Origin: Octopus vulgaris | Lineage: Eukaryota | Assembly (NCBI GenBank): GCA_951406725.2 | Contig: OX597819.1 | Coordinates: 111,042,001-111,106,000 of the forward strand | DNA: 64,000 nucleotides | Direction of reading: 5' to 3' | Shown here: positions 25,614-41,181 of the stretch, piece by piece | Layout of the letters: each line of letters opens with the position of its first letter | How positions within the stretch are numbered: the stretch's first letter is position 1 | Notes under the pieces: model-generated | Told to the model about the DNA's origin: nothing | Databases searched by the model: none | The model's input: the letters and a program-made list of their open reading frames with translations, nothing else | Translations under genes and position numbers: made by a program

Positions 25614-25723
25614 TATGTTTATGTGCATATGTATAAATATATGCATATGTACACACATACATAAATACATATATATATGTGTGTGTGTGTGCGTGTGTAT
25701 TTCTGTATGTAAGTACATATGTA

Positions 25724-25838
<115 letters not shown>

Positions 25839-26717
25839 ATATATATATATATGGACTTTCATACAGTTTTTATCAACCATATTCACTGGGAAGGCATCAA
25901 TCGACCTCGGGCTGTTCTAAGCAAACACTTGCCTAAGGTGTTACACAATGGAACTGATCTCAAAACCAGGCTGTTTCGAAGCCAACATTCTTAATCAGAC
26001 TCCCATATATTTTACTTTGCCTTTATTTATTCATTTATTTGTTTGTTCTGAAATACCGTCTCTCGTTAAGAGGGGAAATTTTTTCATCGTACTTCAACGA
26101 CGAGAGATCAGATCCATTTTAAGTGTCATAAAAACTGCAACGGGAGCCGTTTTCTATGGTTCTGTGTAGCTGAAGATGACTCTCTTGTTATTCAGAGTTT
26201 CCTGTCGGGGAACTGCCAAGTACTCTACAGGGAGGCAGGGATGCGACAGTCGTAAAAGGGAGCTGACAAAAATGCGATGTTTAATGAAGTTAAGAAGGTT
26301 TCCAATACGTTAAGCGTGTTGAATAGCGTGGGTGATGGGATGGGGGAAAAAAAAAGGATTATCTTTACGCCATCATTATTTTGTTCGTTTATCACTAAGG
26401 GGAGTGTGCCCACAAAATTTTAACTAATATAACCTTTCGTAAAATAGGGAGTGTATGTTTGATTGAGGATGTTTTACGTATATGTTATATGAGTACATAG
26501 ATGCATAGACACAGAAAACATACATTTATACTCACATATCTGTATGTGAGTGTGTGATTGTACATACTCACATGTATGTATTTAGTGCACGCACGATCGA
26601 TTAGCTTATATAATTCAACGTCTTCATTATGAATTGATTGACCCTTTTTCCTTTACATCATAAAGGTGCGTGTGTATGTGTGTGTGTAATATATACATAT
26701 ATATGTGCATGCATAAA

Positions 26718-26944
26718 TACAAGGTGGGTGGGTGATTAAAAGATCCTGGCTTTTAAGGGTATCGCGAAAGGTCAGGTTCGGGGCCCCAACTTCCGAATTC
26801 TGTTATAGGGGTTAGAAAACCTGAAGGAGCACTGCAATAAGTGTGTGAATCTCAGAGGGAAATATGTTGAATAAAACCATAATCAATTAATCCTTCTGTA
26901 TTTTCTTTTAACCCAAACCAGAAACTTTGCAGATACCTCTCGTA
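26718..26944 (+). mobile_element. Mariner-derived MITE
   Basis: TA-bounded, with imperfect TIRs (TACAAGG..AAAAGATCCTGG / CCAGAAACTTT..CCTCTCGTA). 26821-26874 translates LKEHCNKCVNLRGKYVE*, like the C-terminus of mariner transposases. Second copy at 54008-54220. Confidence 0.7.
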
Positions 26945-26975
26945 TATGTATATATATATGTATATATATTTATAA

Positions 26976-27031
<56 letters not shown>

Positions 27032-27130
27032 ATATATAGAAAGGCAGAAACAAGGAAAATGCCACTTCTATTTGAACACTATACAAATGATTTAAAAAAA
27101 AACTTTTCTTTTAATTTTTTTCAATATGTA

Positions 27131-27193
<63 letters not shown>

Positions 27194-27817
27194 ATATATA
27201 TGTATGTATATATATATATAAATATATATGCATATATATAATTTGATCTGATTTGATCTAGTTTCAGCTCATGAGCTGTGGCCATGCTGTAGCACAACCA
27301 TTTTGGTGTTGCCACATAATTTTACTTCACTGATGCTTTTTAGAAATTGATATTTGGTGCATGTCGGAGTTTGATGCCGCTGCCCTCATCTGCACCTCTT
27401 GCCGTGAAGTCGACAGATGCAGATGCATATATATATACATACGTACACACACATACATATACGTATTTATACATTTATATGGGTATATATAAAACACACA
27501 CTCACACATATACGCATATGTATGGCATCCCCACCCCATATATGTATCTACGTAACCTATATAACGTTTAAATATGTGAAATAGGACTTTGTAATCTGAA
27601 CAGATAAAACAAAGAACTAAGATCAAATGTTCAGTCATTGATGCTTCATATTAAGCACCAAGAAATTATTAAATTTAGTCAAGAATCTATATGTTTTGAG
27701 TTCAATCCTGTACAGTGTCAGCATCCCCCCACCCTACTCTTACAACAATCGATAAAACAAGTCCTAAAATTAACAAAATACATGATTTCCTATCTCTATT
27801 ATTTGTTATATATTTTA

Positions 27818-28215
27818 CTAGCAGTATCGCCCGGCGTTGCTCGGGTTTGTAAGGGAAATAACTATATAAGCATTTTTAGAGAGTTATAGCCAAAATATAG
27901 CAAAAAATGCATTAAAAATGGAAAAAAAAAATGATGGTAAACTTTTTTAAAAATCGTTGACTCATCGTAGACATTTTTAGAGAGTTACTTCCCTTATATA
28001 ATAGCGAAACAAATGCATTAAAATGGAAAAAAATGATGGTAATTTTTTTTTAAATCGTAGACTCATCGTAGACGCGCGCTAATACCCAGAAGGGCTCGAT
28101 ATGAATCACGACTATAAGATACCCGGTTTGGTTAAACTGCACCGCAAAATGTGGGAGTAGTTAGGAATCTAAATCGTAGGAGACAGACACACAACTTCAC
28201 TTTTATATATAAAGA
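27818..28215 (-). mobile_element. Non-autonomous Helitron (subfamily 1)
   Basis: On the minus strand it starts 5'-TC (TCTTTATATATAAAA) and ends with hairpin CCCGAGCAACGCCGGG + 10 nt + CTAG-3'. Inserted between A and T with no TSD; internal ~65 bp duplication. Confidence 0.8.
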
Positions 28216-28580
28216 TTTCCGTCGTTATAATTTCAGTATAATTATTGTTGTTAGTGATATGGTAGGAAGTGAATTGAAAGAGATTTAACTGTTAATTTTA
28301 GGAAGTCCAGTGGTATTTTATGGGTAGCTTCTCCTTCCCCTCTCTCTCTCTCTTTTCCCCTTCCCTCGCTTGCTCCGTCTGTTCCTAGATGCTAAAATAA
28401 AGAGGCATCCAAAATAGACTTCCTGCGAGAATATGAAGTTTGAAATTGCTTTCGTTAATCGAACTCAGCTATTTCGCTATTTCAACCCTCCATAAATGGT
28501 TCTCTCTCATTAAAGAAATGAGACGAACATCACGTAATCTGTTACTTTTCTTCCGTGTTTATACACACACACACACACGA

Positions 28581-28630
<50 letters not shown>

Positions 28631-28648
28631 GTATGTATATATATATAC

Positions 28649-28759
<111 letters not shown>

Positions 28760-28842
28760 GTATATACATATATAATTATATTTATTAGTATAGGGGTATG
28801 GATGAAGTTCTGTAAAATTATGTATACATGTATATTGTATGC

Positions 28843-29220
28843 TTTTATTTGTTTCAGTCATTTGACTGCGGCTATGCTGGAGCACTGCCTTTAGTCGAAC
28901 AAATCAACCCCAGGACTTATTCTTTGTAAGCGTAGTACTTGATCTATCGGTCATTTGCCCGAACCACTAAGTTACGGGGATGTAAACGCAACAACATCGG
29001 TTGTCAAGGGATGGTAGGGGGGACAAACACGGACACACAAATACGCACACACACATACGACAGGCTTCTTTCAGTTTTCGGCAACCAAATCCATACACAT
29101 GGGATTGGTCGGCCCGAGGCTATAGTAGAAGACACTCACCCAAGGTACCACGCAGTGGGACTGAACTCGGAACCTGTGGCTAGTAATCAAGCTACTTACC
29201 CCATACCCACTCCTACACCT
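28843..29220 (-). mobile_element. SINE family A
   Basis: Reverse complement of the family A consensus (TTGTTTCAGTCATTTGACTGCGG ... CCACTCCTACACC). Confidence 0.85.
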
Positions 29221-29357
29221 ATATATACATTCACACACAGAAACATAAACAACTTTGTACATATTTATACAAATATTTATCTATCTATCTGCTTACACAC
29301 ACACATATATAGCTATATATTTCTCTCTCTGCCTGTCCCTCACACTTTATATATATA

Positions 29358-29728
29358 CTAGCAGTATCGCCCGGCGTTGCTCGGGTTTGTAAGGGAAATA
29401 ACTATAAAGCATTTTTAGAGAGTTATAGCCAAAAAATGGAAAAAAAATGATGGTAAATTTTTTTTTAGTTAAAAAGGTCGAGTTGCGTCCCCTAGACAGT
29501 CTGTGGTTTGTGTTTCTGATTCTCGACCCCATGTCGAATTTATCGATTTTTTTCAGAACTGGGGGAACTTTTCAAAATTTTCGCTGCGTTAGTTTTGAAT
29601 TATGACATTGGGCTATGTGTGTGTCAAGTTTCATCAGAATCGGTTGAAAGCCGTGGTCAGGGTGAGGGTACAACCTAACAGACACACAGAAACACACACA
29701 GACAAACTGCCGTTTATATATAGAGAGA
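29358..29728 (-). mobile_element. Non-autonomous Helitron (subfamily 2)
   Basis: 5'-TCTCTCTATATATAAACGGC... to hairpin + CTAG-3', A|T insertion; near-identical to 41954-42333. Confidence 0.8.
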
Positions 29729-29736
29729 TATCTTTC

Positions 29737-29960
29737 AACTTTTTATCCTTTACTTGTTTCACTCATAGGGTGAGGTCATAATCCGGCACTGTCTTAAAGA
29801 ATTCTTAGTGGATTGTATCAACTCCATTACTTAATTTTTTGCTAAATCAGGTACTTATTCTATCGGTATCGTTTGCCGAACCACTGGTTTACAGTGGCAT
29901 CAAACTCCGGCATGCACACAAATATCGGTTGTCAAGCAGTGGTGGGGGGAAACACAAACA
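29737..29960 (-). mobile_element. SINE family A, 3' half
   Basis: TACTTGTTTC..TACTTATTCTATCGGT..TTGCCGAACC..GGTTGTCAAGC blocks. Confidence 0.7.
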
Positions 29961-30025
29961 CGCGCGCATACACACACATACGTATGTATATACATATATA
30001 TATATATATATACACACACGCATAC

Positions 30026-30078
<53 letters not shown>

Positions 30079-30820
30079 CATACGTACATACATATATATA
30101 TATATATATATATAATATATAATACAATATATAACAATATATAATATATAAATATACATTAATAATATATATTATATATTTATTCATGTATTCACATGTA
30201 ACTTTCTGCTTTTCCTCTTCTGTATCTCTGTGTCTCTTTCTCTCTCCTCTCTCTATCTAGTAAAACCGTAGTATTAAATGAGAAAAAGACCGCTAAATAC
30301 AGATATATCTGTATATAACGGAGTATAAACCATATTTTCCTCTTTTCTTCATCCGCCGACAAAGAGCAAATGTCCAAATTATTATCTTCTTACAAACATA
30401 CTCTCACAGTAACTATTTTTTTGCAAATTCTGTCTTTCCCTACTTTCTTTAGTTTCTGAATTTTACCACTATAGACTGCAAATTCCTAATTTCTGATATT
30501 ATCACAGTGTTGGGCATATCAGGGTGAGAATAAAAGAACATTTAATAACCTCAATAACTGAACCCCCTTTGTAGGCATGAGGTATACCAGAAATATAACC
30601 ACATACCTCTTAAGTAACACTCAATAGTCTTAGAAGAGGACACTCTTAATAATCTAGTCATGGAATTCTTGTTCATTGGGGGAAAAAAGCGTGGTTTGGT
30701 CACAGATGCAATAATTTTGTCCACAGTTTTGATCAATCAGCACTAATTTTGGTTTAAACAACAACAGCTGGAAAATGTTTCATCGATCCTTGGAGGATGA
30801 AATGCACTGTTAACCTTGGC

Positions 30821-31223
30821 TACTCTTTTACTCTTTTACTTGTTTCAGTCATTTGACTGCGACCATGCTGGAGCACTGCTTTTAGTCGAAGAAATCGAGT
30901 CAGGGCTTATTCTTTCTAAGCCTAGTACTAGTACTTAGTCTATGGTCTCTTTTGTCGAACCGCTAAGTTACGGGGACGTAAACACACCAGCATCGGTTGT
31001 CAAATGATGTTGGAGGGGGGGACAAACAAAGACACACAAACATATACGCACATACATATATATACACATATATACGACGAGCTTCTTTCAGTTTATGTTT
31101 ACTAAATCCATTCACAAGGAGGCTATAGTAGAAGACATTTGCCCAAGGTGCCACGCAGAAGGACTGAACCCAGAACCATATGGTTGGTAAGCAAGATGCT
31201 TACCACACAGCCACTCCTGCGCC
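30821..31223 (-). mobile_element. SINE family A, full length
   Basis: (TACTCTTT)n tail repeats through to the CACAGCCACTCCTGCGCC head. Confidence 0.85.
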
Positions 31224-31359
31224 TTTAAAATCAAAACATAAAAGTTCAGGATGTTACAGAATACAGTAAGTCATTTTGCTTGACACGTGATGTGTTTGTT
31301 ACTCATTCTATTTAAGAAAAATGCACCACGACGATGCTGACAATAACAACAACAATTAT

Positions 31360-31960
31360 TCTTTCAAATTTATTTGGTACAAGATCAGCAAGGTTTTAGG
31401 GAAGGAGGTTACTCGATCCCATACTCTCCAGTACTTGATTAACACTTTATTTATCGACCCCAGCGAATTGAAGAGCTAGGTTGACCTCAGAGTGATTTGA
31501 ACTCAGAAATAGGTAACAGCGGCGGCGGTAGTTGTAGGAATAATAATAATGATAATTATTTCAACTCTAGGCACAAGGCATGGAAATTTTGGGTGGGGAA
31601 GGGAGTTAGTCGATTACATGACCCCAGTGCGTAACTGGTATTTTATTTCATCGATCCTGAAAAGTTGAAATGCAAAGTCATCCTCAGCGGAATTTGAACG
31701 TAGAACCGCTAACCAATTTCTCCGGCGTGCTAACGATTCTGCAAGCTCACCGCCTTAATAATAATAATAATCTTTTGTATTATAGGCACAAGGCCTGAAA
31801 TTTGCGACCCCAGTGCGTAACTGGTACTTATTTTTGTCGACCTCGAAAGGATGAAAGACAAAGTCGACCTCGAGGGAATCTGAATGCAGAACTTAGCGGC
31901 AGACGAACAACCACTATGCATTTCGCCGGGCGTGCTAACGATTCTGCCAGCCCTCCGCCC
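31360..31960 (-). mobile_element. Three adjacent SINE family B copies separated by (AAT)n
   Basis: Repeated GGCACAAGG..CCCCAGTGCGTAACTGGTA..GGATGAAA.GCAAAGTCGACCTC..GTGCTAACGATTCTGC blocks. Confidence 0.8.
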
Positions 31961-32086
31961 TAATAATAATAATAATAGAAAATGTTTCTCTCATAGACAC
32001 AATGCCACAAAGCTTTGAAGAAAGATTATGACTCAAGCTACTCCGGTAGTTAACTGGTTCTTATTTTATTGCCCAAGAATCAGGGA

Positions 32087-32156
<70 letters not shown>

Positions 32157-32171
32157 AATAATAATAATATT

Positions 32172-32310
32172 GAGTGAGAGAGTAGTGCAAGCCTTCCAAG
32201 TAACACTGGGGCACAGATACACGAAACCCAATATACTCATCATGACTACCTGTTTGATAAGGGCACACCAAACACATGCATCATAACCATATGTGCGCCA
32301 CATGGTGATC
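32172..32310 (-). mobile_element. 5'-truncated copy of the same retroelement 3' end
   Basis: GAGTGAGAGAG.AGTGCA.GCC..CATCATGACTACC..CCATATGTGCG..CATGGTGATC next to (TTA)n. Confidence 0.7.
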
Positions 32311-32324
32311 TTATAATGCGGTCT

Positions 32325-32690
32325 TCTTCACGTCTGCCGATACGTTCTGAGTTCAAATTCCGCCGAGGTCGATTTTGCCTTTCATCCTTTCGGGGTCGAT
32401 TAAATAAGTACCAGTTACGCACTGGGATCGATGTAATCGACTTAATCCGATTGTCTGTCCTTGTTTGTCCCCTCTGTGTTTAGCCCCTTGTGGGTAGTAA
32501 ATAAATAGGTATTTCGTCTGCCATTACGGTCTGAGTTCAAGTTCCGCCGAGGTCGACTTTGCCTTTCATCCTTTCGGGGTCGATAAATTAAGTACCAGTT
32601 ACGCACTGGGATCGATGTGATCGACTTAATCCGTTTCTCTGTCCTTGTTTGTCCCCTCTATTTTTAGCCCCTTGTGGACAATAAAGAAAT
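32325..32690 (+). mobile_element. SINE family B with two tandem 184-bp internal units
   Basis: CGTCTGCC at 32331 and 32515 (period 184); unit homologous to the one at 45831-46198. Confidence 0.8.
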
Positions 32691-32937
32691 AAGAATCTTG
32701 CGGTATTCATTTAGACTCTTGTGTATTTAAATCCCGTCGAAGTCCACTGCATCTTTCAACCGTCCAGTGTCAATGAAATAAGATACCAGTCAAATACTGG
32801 GGTCGATTTTATCGACTAGCTCCAACCTACCCAAGATTGCAAGCCTTGTGGTCTATATTAGAACCAAGTATCTTCGTTGATGTCATCATCATCATCATTG
32901 TGACTGATCTACTGATAACTTCCTCATATATAAATAC

Positions 32938-32997
<60 letters not shown>

Positions 32998-33008
32998 TAT
33001 ATATATAG

Positions 33009-33070
<62 letters not shown>

Positions 33071-33234
33071 TATATATATGTACATGTGCATGTATCATAT
33101 ATATATTTATTCACATATATATATATGTATATTTATATATCAATATGCATATATACGCGTATATGTGTGCATATGTGTGTGTAGATATATATATACACAT
33201 ATATATGCATATGTACATGTATGTAGCAATCTCG

Positions 33235-33280
<46 letters not shown>

Positions 33281-33318
33281 GGAGAGAGAGAGAGAGGTAG
33301 ATAGATATACATGTTCAC

Positions 33319-33356
<38 letters not shown>

Positions 33357-33657
33357 TTAGTGATAGTGTTACTTGTATTCCACTTAGGCAGCCCTGCGTC
33401 GCACAACCACACCTATCATTTAGAAATATAAAATAGGTGATATATACATACATACATATCACACAGACAGACAGACACTCACTCACACAAGCATACATAG
33501 TTACATACATATGTATGTACATATATGTACATATATTCACATTTCTCTAGCTATTGCCGTTGGTAATATATTTATACATGTGATATCATGTAAATACGTA
33601 TATGTGTGAGTAATATACATATATATTTATATATACATATATGCATAATATCACACA

Positions 33658-33726
<69 letters not shown>

Positions 33727-34032
33727 GTATGAAGAGCAATAATCTATAAAGTAGTGGACTATATTGCCTTGTATTATTTACTTAAATCCCTTTTTATTCT
33801 GGCACTAAAATAATCATGATTTCTAAAACGGGCAGTAAATTTCAAGGAGTTTATAGGCAGGCCTTCCCAGCAGGGATCATGTTGATGATGGTGGTGGTGT
33901 CGGTGGCACTGGTGGTGGTGGTGGTGGTGGTGGTATTTGTAAAAGGGATTGTCAAATCTATTTTCCCCGATTACTCGGCTGGTACTTAAATGCATTGAAA
34001 CTATTAAGAATTCCTAGCAAAAGCTATACAAT

Positions 34033-34082
<50 letters not shown>

Positions 34083-34250
34083 TATTATTATTATTACTAT
34101 TCTTTCTTTCTTTCTTTCTTTCTTTCTGAGACTGCAATGAATAAAATTGCAATCCAGTACTCCACAGGTACTTAAATTCAATGAAACTATTAATTTCTAA
34201 CGAAAAATACAATTCCATTATTATCATTATTATTATTATTATTATTATTA

Positions 34251-34320
<70 letters not shown>

Positions 34321-35083
34321 CATTATTCTCTTTGCAATCCAGTACTTGACTGGTACTTAATTTTTATTGACCTCGGAAGGATGAAAATCCAAAATCGATA
34401 TCACATTGCAGGATTATAGGTCGATTTAATCGACTGCTTCCTTACACAAAGTATGTGGCCTTGTGCCAATTCTACAAGCCATTATTTCTTCGTTCCTAGC
34501 GTTTATCCCGCTCTGAGCCGCAGGGGCTTCTCATTTCGTTGATGTAACGATAGCATACTCTAAAGTGATGCGTCATTTCACCTGCCTTTTGGAAACTCAA
34601 CAAATAGCGAGGAAATGTGGCAGCGTAGCCGGTTCTGAGATGCTTAAGAGAGAGAAAGAAAACGGGGGCATATGTGTGTGTATGAAAAAGAGAGAGCGAG
34701 AGAGAGTGAGAGAGAGAGAGAGAGAGAGGTATAAGAGGAGAAGAATCGATCCCAATTATTTACATTGTACTTGCTATTCTTATCCCCAAGGCGATTTGAA
34801 CTCTAAAAGCAAAATGGTCAGAGCAATTACTGTAAGGGAATTGCTGGACGCTCTAACGATTCGGCCATTTGACCCCATGTCCTTTAACACGGATTGATTC
34901 TCGTGAATTATTACTTCATAATTATTATCCCCTAATGTGTCAGTCTCTGTGCCCACCCCTATATCTCTCTTTCTATTTGAATATATAGGTACATATATAT
35001 AGAGATATAGATATATGCATATACATATATTTATATTAATACATATATGTTTGTGCGTGTATACCTATATATGTTTGTGTGTA

Positions 35084-35130
<47 letters not shown>

Positions 35131-35144
35131 TATATATATATGCT

Positions 35145-35202
<58 letters not shown>

Positions 35203-35204
35203 TG

Positions 35205-35336
35205 TTAATCAGCCGAAATTACTACGATGATCCGGTTCTTGACTGAAGACTGAGGGCTTCGAATGTCCTGTCTGTGATTGTTGTATCGTCTTCTAAGTTC
35301 TTATGCGTTCTTGTCTCAGTTTGTAATTTTCTACAT
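35205..35336 (+). repeat. ~130 bp dispersed repeat (copy 2), embedded in (TA)n
   Basis: Homologous to the reverse complement of 24537-24667. Confidence 0.65.
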
Positions 35337-35339
35337 ATC

Positions 35340-35382
<43 letters not shown>

Positions 35383-35394
35383 TATATACACACA

Positions 35395-35426
<32 letters not shown>

Positions 35427-35478
35427 CATACATATATATATATATAGATATATATATATATAAATATATATATACACA

Positions 35479-35552
<74 letters not shown>

Positions 35553-35625
35553 TAGATAGATAGATATAAACTTTCACACACACAGTCATGTATACATACA
35601 CACACACATACACACACAGACACAG

Positions 35626-35659
<34 letters not shown>

Positions 35660-36000
35660 CTTTTTTCTATCTGGGGTACCGCCTTGAAGAATCGTTTCTA
35701 AAAGGAATCGACCCCAGTACTTATTGTTTTATTATTTTTTTTGCTTGCCGTGTATTATTCTACGGGTGTCTTTTGCCGAATCGCTAAGTTACGAGTACAT
35801 AAACGCACCAACACTGGTTCTCAGATATACGCGAGCGCACGTACATGCACATATGTACACGATGAGTTTCATTCAGTTTCCTTCTACCAAATCCAGCTTA
35901 AGGTTATTGTAGAAGACACTTGCCCAAGGTGCCACACAGAGGGACTGAACCGGAAATATGAGGTTGGGGAGGTAACCTCTTACGACACAGCCACACCTGC
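35660..36000 (-). mobile_element. SINE family A, diverged
   Basis: TTGCCGAATCGCTAAGTTAC..AGAAGACACTTGCCCAAGGTGCCAC..ACAGCCACACCTGC. Confidence 0.75.
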
Positions 36001-36224
36001 AAGTATATATATACATACATACATAGATACATACATACATACATACATACATACATACATACATACATGCATACATATAAAAATACATACATACAACCAT
36101 ATATACATACAGCCATACATATATACAAACATTCATATATATACATGCATATAGAGATATATAGATATATAGGTATATATATATATATATACAGATATAA
36201 ATATATATATTTACACACACACAT

Positions 36225-36337
36225 GTATGTATGCATGTATGCACTTATGTATGTATGTATGTATGCATTAATGTATGTATGTATGCATTTAAGTATGTAT
36301 GTATATATTTATGTATGCATTTATGTATGTATGTATG

Positions 36338-36369
<32 letters not shown>

Positions 36370-36835
36370 CATTTATGTATGTATGTATGTATGTATGTAT
36401 GTATGTATGTATGGATTTATGTATGTATGTATGTATGTATGCATTTATGTATGTATGTATGTATGTATGCATTTATGTATGTATGTATGTATGTATGTAT
36501 GTATGAATGTATGTATGTATGCATTTATGTATGTATGTATGTATGTATGTATGTATGTATGGATTTATGTATGTATGTATGTATGTATGCATTTATGTAT
36601 GTATGTATGTATGTAAGTATGTATGTATGTATGTATGCATTTATGTATGTATGTATGTATGTATGTATGTATGTATGCATTTATGTATGTATGTATGTGT
36701 GTATGTATGTATGTATGTATGTATGCATTTATGTATGTATATATGTATGTATGTATGCATTTATGTATGTATGTATGTGTGTATGTATGTATGTATGTAT
36801 GTATGCATTTATGTATGTATGTATGTATGTATGTG
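36225..36835. repeat. Long interrupted (ATGT)n microsatellite with recurrent GCATTT/GGATTT variants
   Basis: ~600 bp of ATGT units. The GGATTT variant recurs at 36413 and 36561, suggesting higher-order duplication. Confidence 0.9.
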
Positions 36836-36985
36836 TATATGTATATCCTTTTCACTCTGTTGCTGACATTGGCTTTTCCGTTTCTCTCTCTCTTCCTATC
36901 TTTCCCACTCTTTCTTTCTCCCCTTTCTAATCTATTCACTCTCCCACTTTTCCTCTCTAATTTCCTCTCCAAACCCCGAAAGACC

Positions 36986-37021
<36 letters not shown>

Positions 37022-37431
37022 TGCTTTAATTAAACACATATCTAATTACTTCCTAAATTACGTCACGTCTTACTTTTGTAAAGACATTGACCATTTGGTA
37101 GGGCGAGATAAGAACAGAAACAATATGAGTTTTCACCAAAAATAACTTTCCAATATCTATCTCCGAACCTCCAGTTGCACAGTTCAAATCGCGGTAGCTA
37201 TACCATTAGCTTTTCCATATTTATATCTTTAACACATGACCCCATAACGCATACGCCAATTTACTTCTACTAGGGTTCCATTATTATCATATATATTTCC
37301 GCCTGTGACATATAAAGCTTGTATCCTCGGCGGTGGAGTGTGTTGAGGTAGTCGTGGATGGAATCTCATTCAGCAATGATGCGTTTAATAAGGATTGACT
37401 TCGGGGTAAGGGCTATACTATAAATAAATCA

Positions 37432-37586
37432 GAGCGGCTATGTGGTAAGTAGCTTGCTTACCAACTGTATGGTTCCGGGTAAGGTCACACTGCGTGACAC
37501 CTTCGGCAAGTATCTTCTGCTATAGCCTCGGGCCGACCAAATCCTTGCGAGTGGATTTGGTAGACAGAAACTGTAAGAAGCCTGTC

Positions 37587-37661
<75 letters not shown>

Positions 37662-37732
37662 GGCACACATACACACACACACACATATATATATCTTTTT
37701 TCTGTCTGGAGTACCGCCTTGAAGAATCGTTT

Positions 37733-37807
<75 letters not shown>

Positions 37808-38045
37808 TGTATGTATGTATTTATATGTATATATATGTATATGTTTGTGTGTGAGAGAGTGTGTACCCCTCACCATCGCTTAACAACTGAAGTTGTGCTT
37901 AGGTCCCCGTGATTTGCGGCAAAAAAGACTGATAGAATAAGTATTAGGTTTACAAAGAATAAGTCCTGGGGTCGACCCGTTCGACTAAAGGCGGTGCTCC
38001 AGCATGGCTGCAATCAAGTGACTGAAACAAATAATAAAGAAAAAG
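37432..38045 (+). mobile_element. SINE family A split by an expanded internal microsatellite
   Basis: Head and body at 37432-37590 and tail at 37860-38045, separated by ~270 bp of mostly (TA)n/(CA)n. Confidence 0.75.
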
Positions 38046-38195
38046 AAAAAATTCCTTAAATATGAACCGTAACTGTGCATGCGTGTGTGTATGTTTATAA
38101 GATTTTAGGTACAAATTGTATATATTTATATACATACGGACATACATACATATATATGTATATTGTAAGTTTGGATTTATTCCCTAATATTTATT

Positions 38196-38236
<41 letters not shown>

Positions 38237-38249
38237 ATTCTTCTTATCT

Positions 38250-38450
38250 TATTCTTTTACTTGTTTCAGTCATTTGACTGTGCCCATGTGGAGCACAGCA
38301 TTCAGTCGAACAAATCGACCCCAGGACTTATGCTTTGTAAGACTAGTACTTATTCTATCGGCCCTGTTGCTGGACTGCTATCTTACGGGGACGTAAACAC
38401 GCTGACATCTGTTTCAAGCAATGGTGGGGGAACAAACACAGACACACAAC
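38250..38450 (-). mobile_element. SINE family A, 3' half
   Basis: TTTTACTTGTTTCAGTCATTTGACTG..ACGGGGACGTAAACAC..ACAAACACAGACACAC. Confidence 0.75.
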
Positions 38451-38497
38451 TACATACATATATACATGGATATATACATATATATACATATATATAC

Positions 38498-38548
<51 letters not shown>

Positions 38549-38553
38549 GATGG

Positions 38554-38602
<49 letters not shown>

Positions 38603-38770
38603 TATATACATATACATATATATATGTGCATATATATATGTGTATATATATATATGTATGTATGTATATGTATATATACATATATGTATCCATATATATG
38701 AGATTTTGATAGGTCGACAGACAAATTGATAGATAGATAGATTGATAAACAGACAGACAGACAGACAGAC

Positions 38771-38833
<63 letters not shown>

Positions 38834-38988
38834 GAAATACATATAAAAGTATATGTGCATGTATTTGCAAGTTTATAAAGACACATACATGCATGCATAC
38901 ATACATACATACATACATTCGTATATATACATATACACACACATATGTATACATATGTATACATATGTATACATATTTATACATATTT

Positions 38989-39040
<52 letters not shown>

Positions 39041-39109
39041 CTGGAGTACTTTTCTACTATCTCAACCTCACGGAACAGTACACATATATTCCTTTTCCTC
39101 GAGAGATTT

Positions 39110-39152
<43 letters not shown>

Positions 39153-39767
39153 TATATAATATATTATATAGTATACACGCACACACACACACATATATAT
39201 ATATATCATAAATTATATATATGTGTTTGTATGCGTGTGTGTATGTGTGTGTGCACATATTATAATCGTTTCAACCATAGACTGCAGCAATATATCATAT
39301 ATCAGACAGATACACACATAAAAAAAGTGTATAGCCATCATCTTATTTTTATTCATCTTAGCTTTCAACGTTCTTATATTCAACGGCCTTCAATCATCGT
39401 CAATCTCCTCAGTCATCATCATCATCATCATCATTATCATTAATCCCTCTCATCATCTGATGCCCTTGTGACATATGAAAAAGTAATAATATTAATAATA
39501 ACAATAATTATTATTATTTTTATTATTATTATTATTAGTAGTAGTAGTAGATGAGCAGCGCACTGGCAGACCTTACCGGATAACATGCTTAGCGAAATTT
39601 CTTACCATTCCTTTTGTGTTTAGCGTAAATACCTTTAAACTCAATACACAACTTTGCCTTTAACCCATTCGTGGTGGTGAAATAAAGTAATTGTAAAGTG
39701 CTGGGCTCCATAAAATCAGCTTAAACTCTCCCACGAACTTCCAGGCCTTCAGCCTATTGTAGAAAGA

Positions 39768-39827
<60 letters not shown>

Positions 39828-39911
39828 GAGTGAGAGAGCAGTTCATGCCATCAAAGTGACACTGGGGTAAAATATACGAAGCCCAATATACCCATCATGA
39901 CTACCCGTCTG
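39828..39911 (-). mobile_element. 5'-truncated copy of the same retroelement 3' end
   Basis: Reverse complement of most of 45436-45526, next to (TTA)n. Confidence 0.7.
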
Positions 39912-40111
39912 TGCCTGTGTCTGTGTAAGTATGTGTAGCGAGTGAGTGTAAAGAATTGCACAAGAAAAAAACAGACGAAAAGCCACACACGGGACGAGGA
40001 GATGCTCATCCCTGGTCAGTTATCTGTTAAAAATCACTGCAGTTTCACACCATTATTGGTCTGTTTGTTGTTTATATACCTGTCTTCGTCTTTTGTTTCT
40101 TTGTAAATTTC

Positions 40112-40221
<110 letters not shown>

Positions 40222-40947
40222 CCGTGCACGTACGACTTCGTTGTGTGTGTGTGTCAGTGTGTAGTATTTATATGTATGTGTATAAAGGACAGCTGTAAGT
40301 ATGCGTATTATGAGCTTCCTCACAGTTTCCGTCGATGAAAATTACATGAAATGTTTTGGTCAACACAAAGGTACCTCTCTGCATTTAACCGTGAGGTTTG
40401 GACGCATTATTCATTTCCATTACACGGCTATGTATGTTGGTAAGTATGCATTTTGGTATATACGCATGTAAGTGTATATGCAAATTAATATATATTTATT
40501 TTTTATCCATCTGTCAATATAAATATATATACATATATATATATGTATATGTATATACAGAGAGAGAGAGAGAGAGAGGTGGGGGCTATGTTTCCATGTT
40601 CCTGTTTGGTTATATGCATGTGCGTAAATATATATGTAAGTTGTGTGTGTATGAATGTATATATATTTGTTTGTGTGCGTGTATGTGTGCGTGAATGTTT
40701 GTTCAAATGGCAATTACATTTGAATGTACACGTATATATGATATATTACTTTACCTGCAATAACAGCTTTATTCAAGGTTTATATAAGGATATCTACTGA
40801 TATCATATACCTGCATACTGACATGATTATAAGATACATAGATACGCAGAGAAAACGAAAGCGATATACATATGTATTGTTTAAATATATATACATATGG
40901 AATATATCTTTATATAAATATATATGCATATATATACATAAATATGC

Positions 40948-40987
<40 letters not shown>

Positions 40988-41082
40988 GCATATATATATA
41001 CATATATATACATATATATATAACAAAGTAAATTACAATTACGTATTTGTATGCATAGGGCGTATATCACAATATACATTGA

Positions 41083-41181
<99 letters not shown>

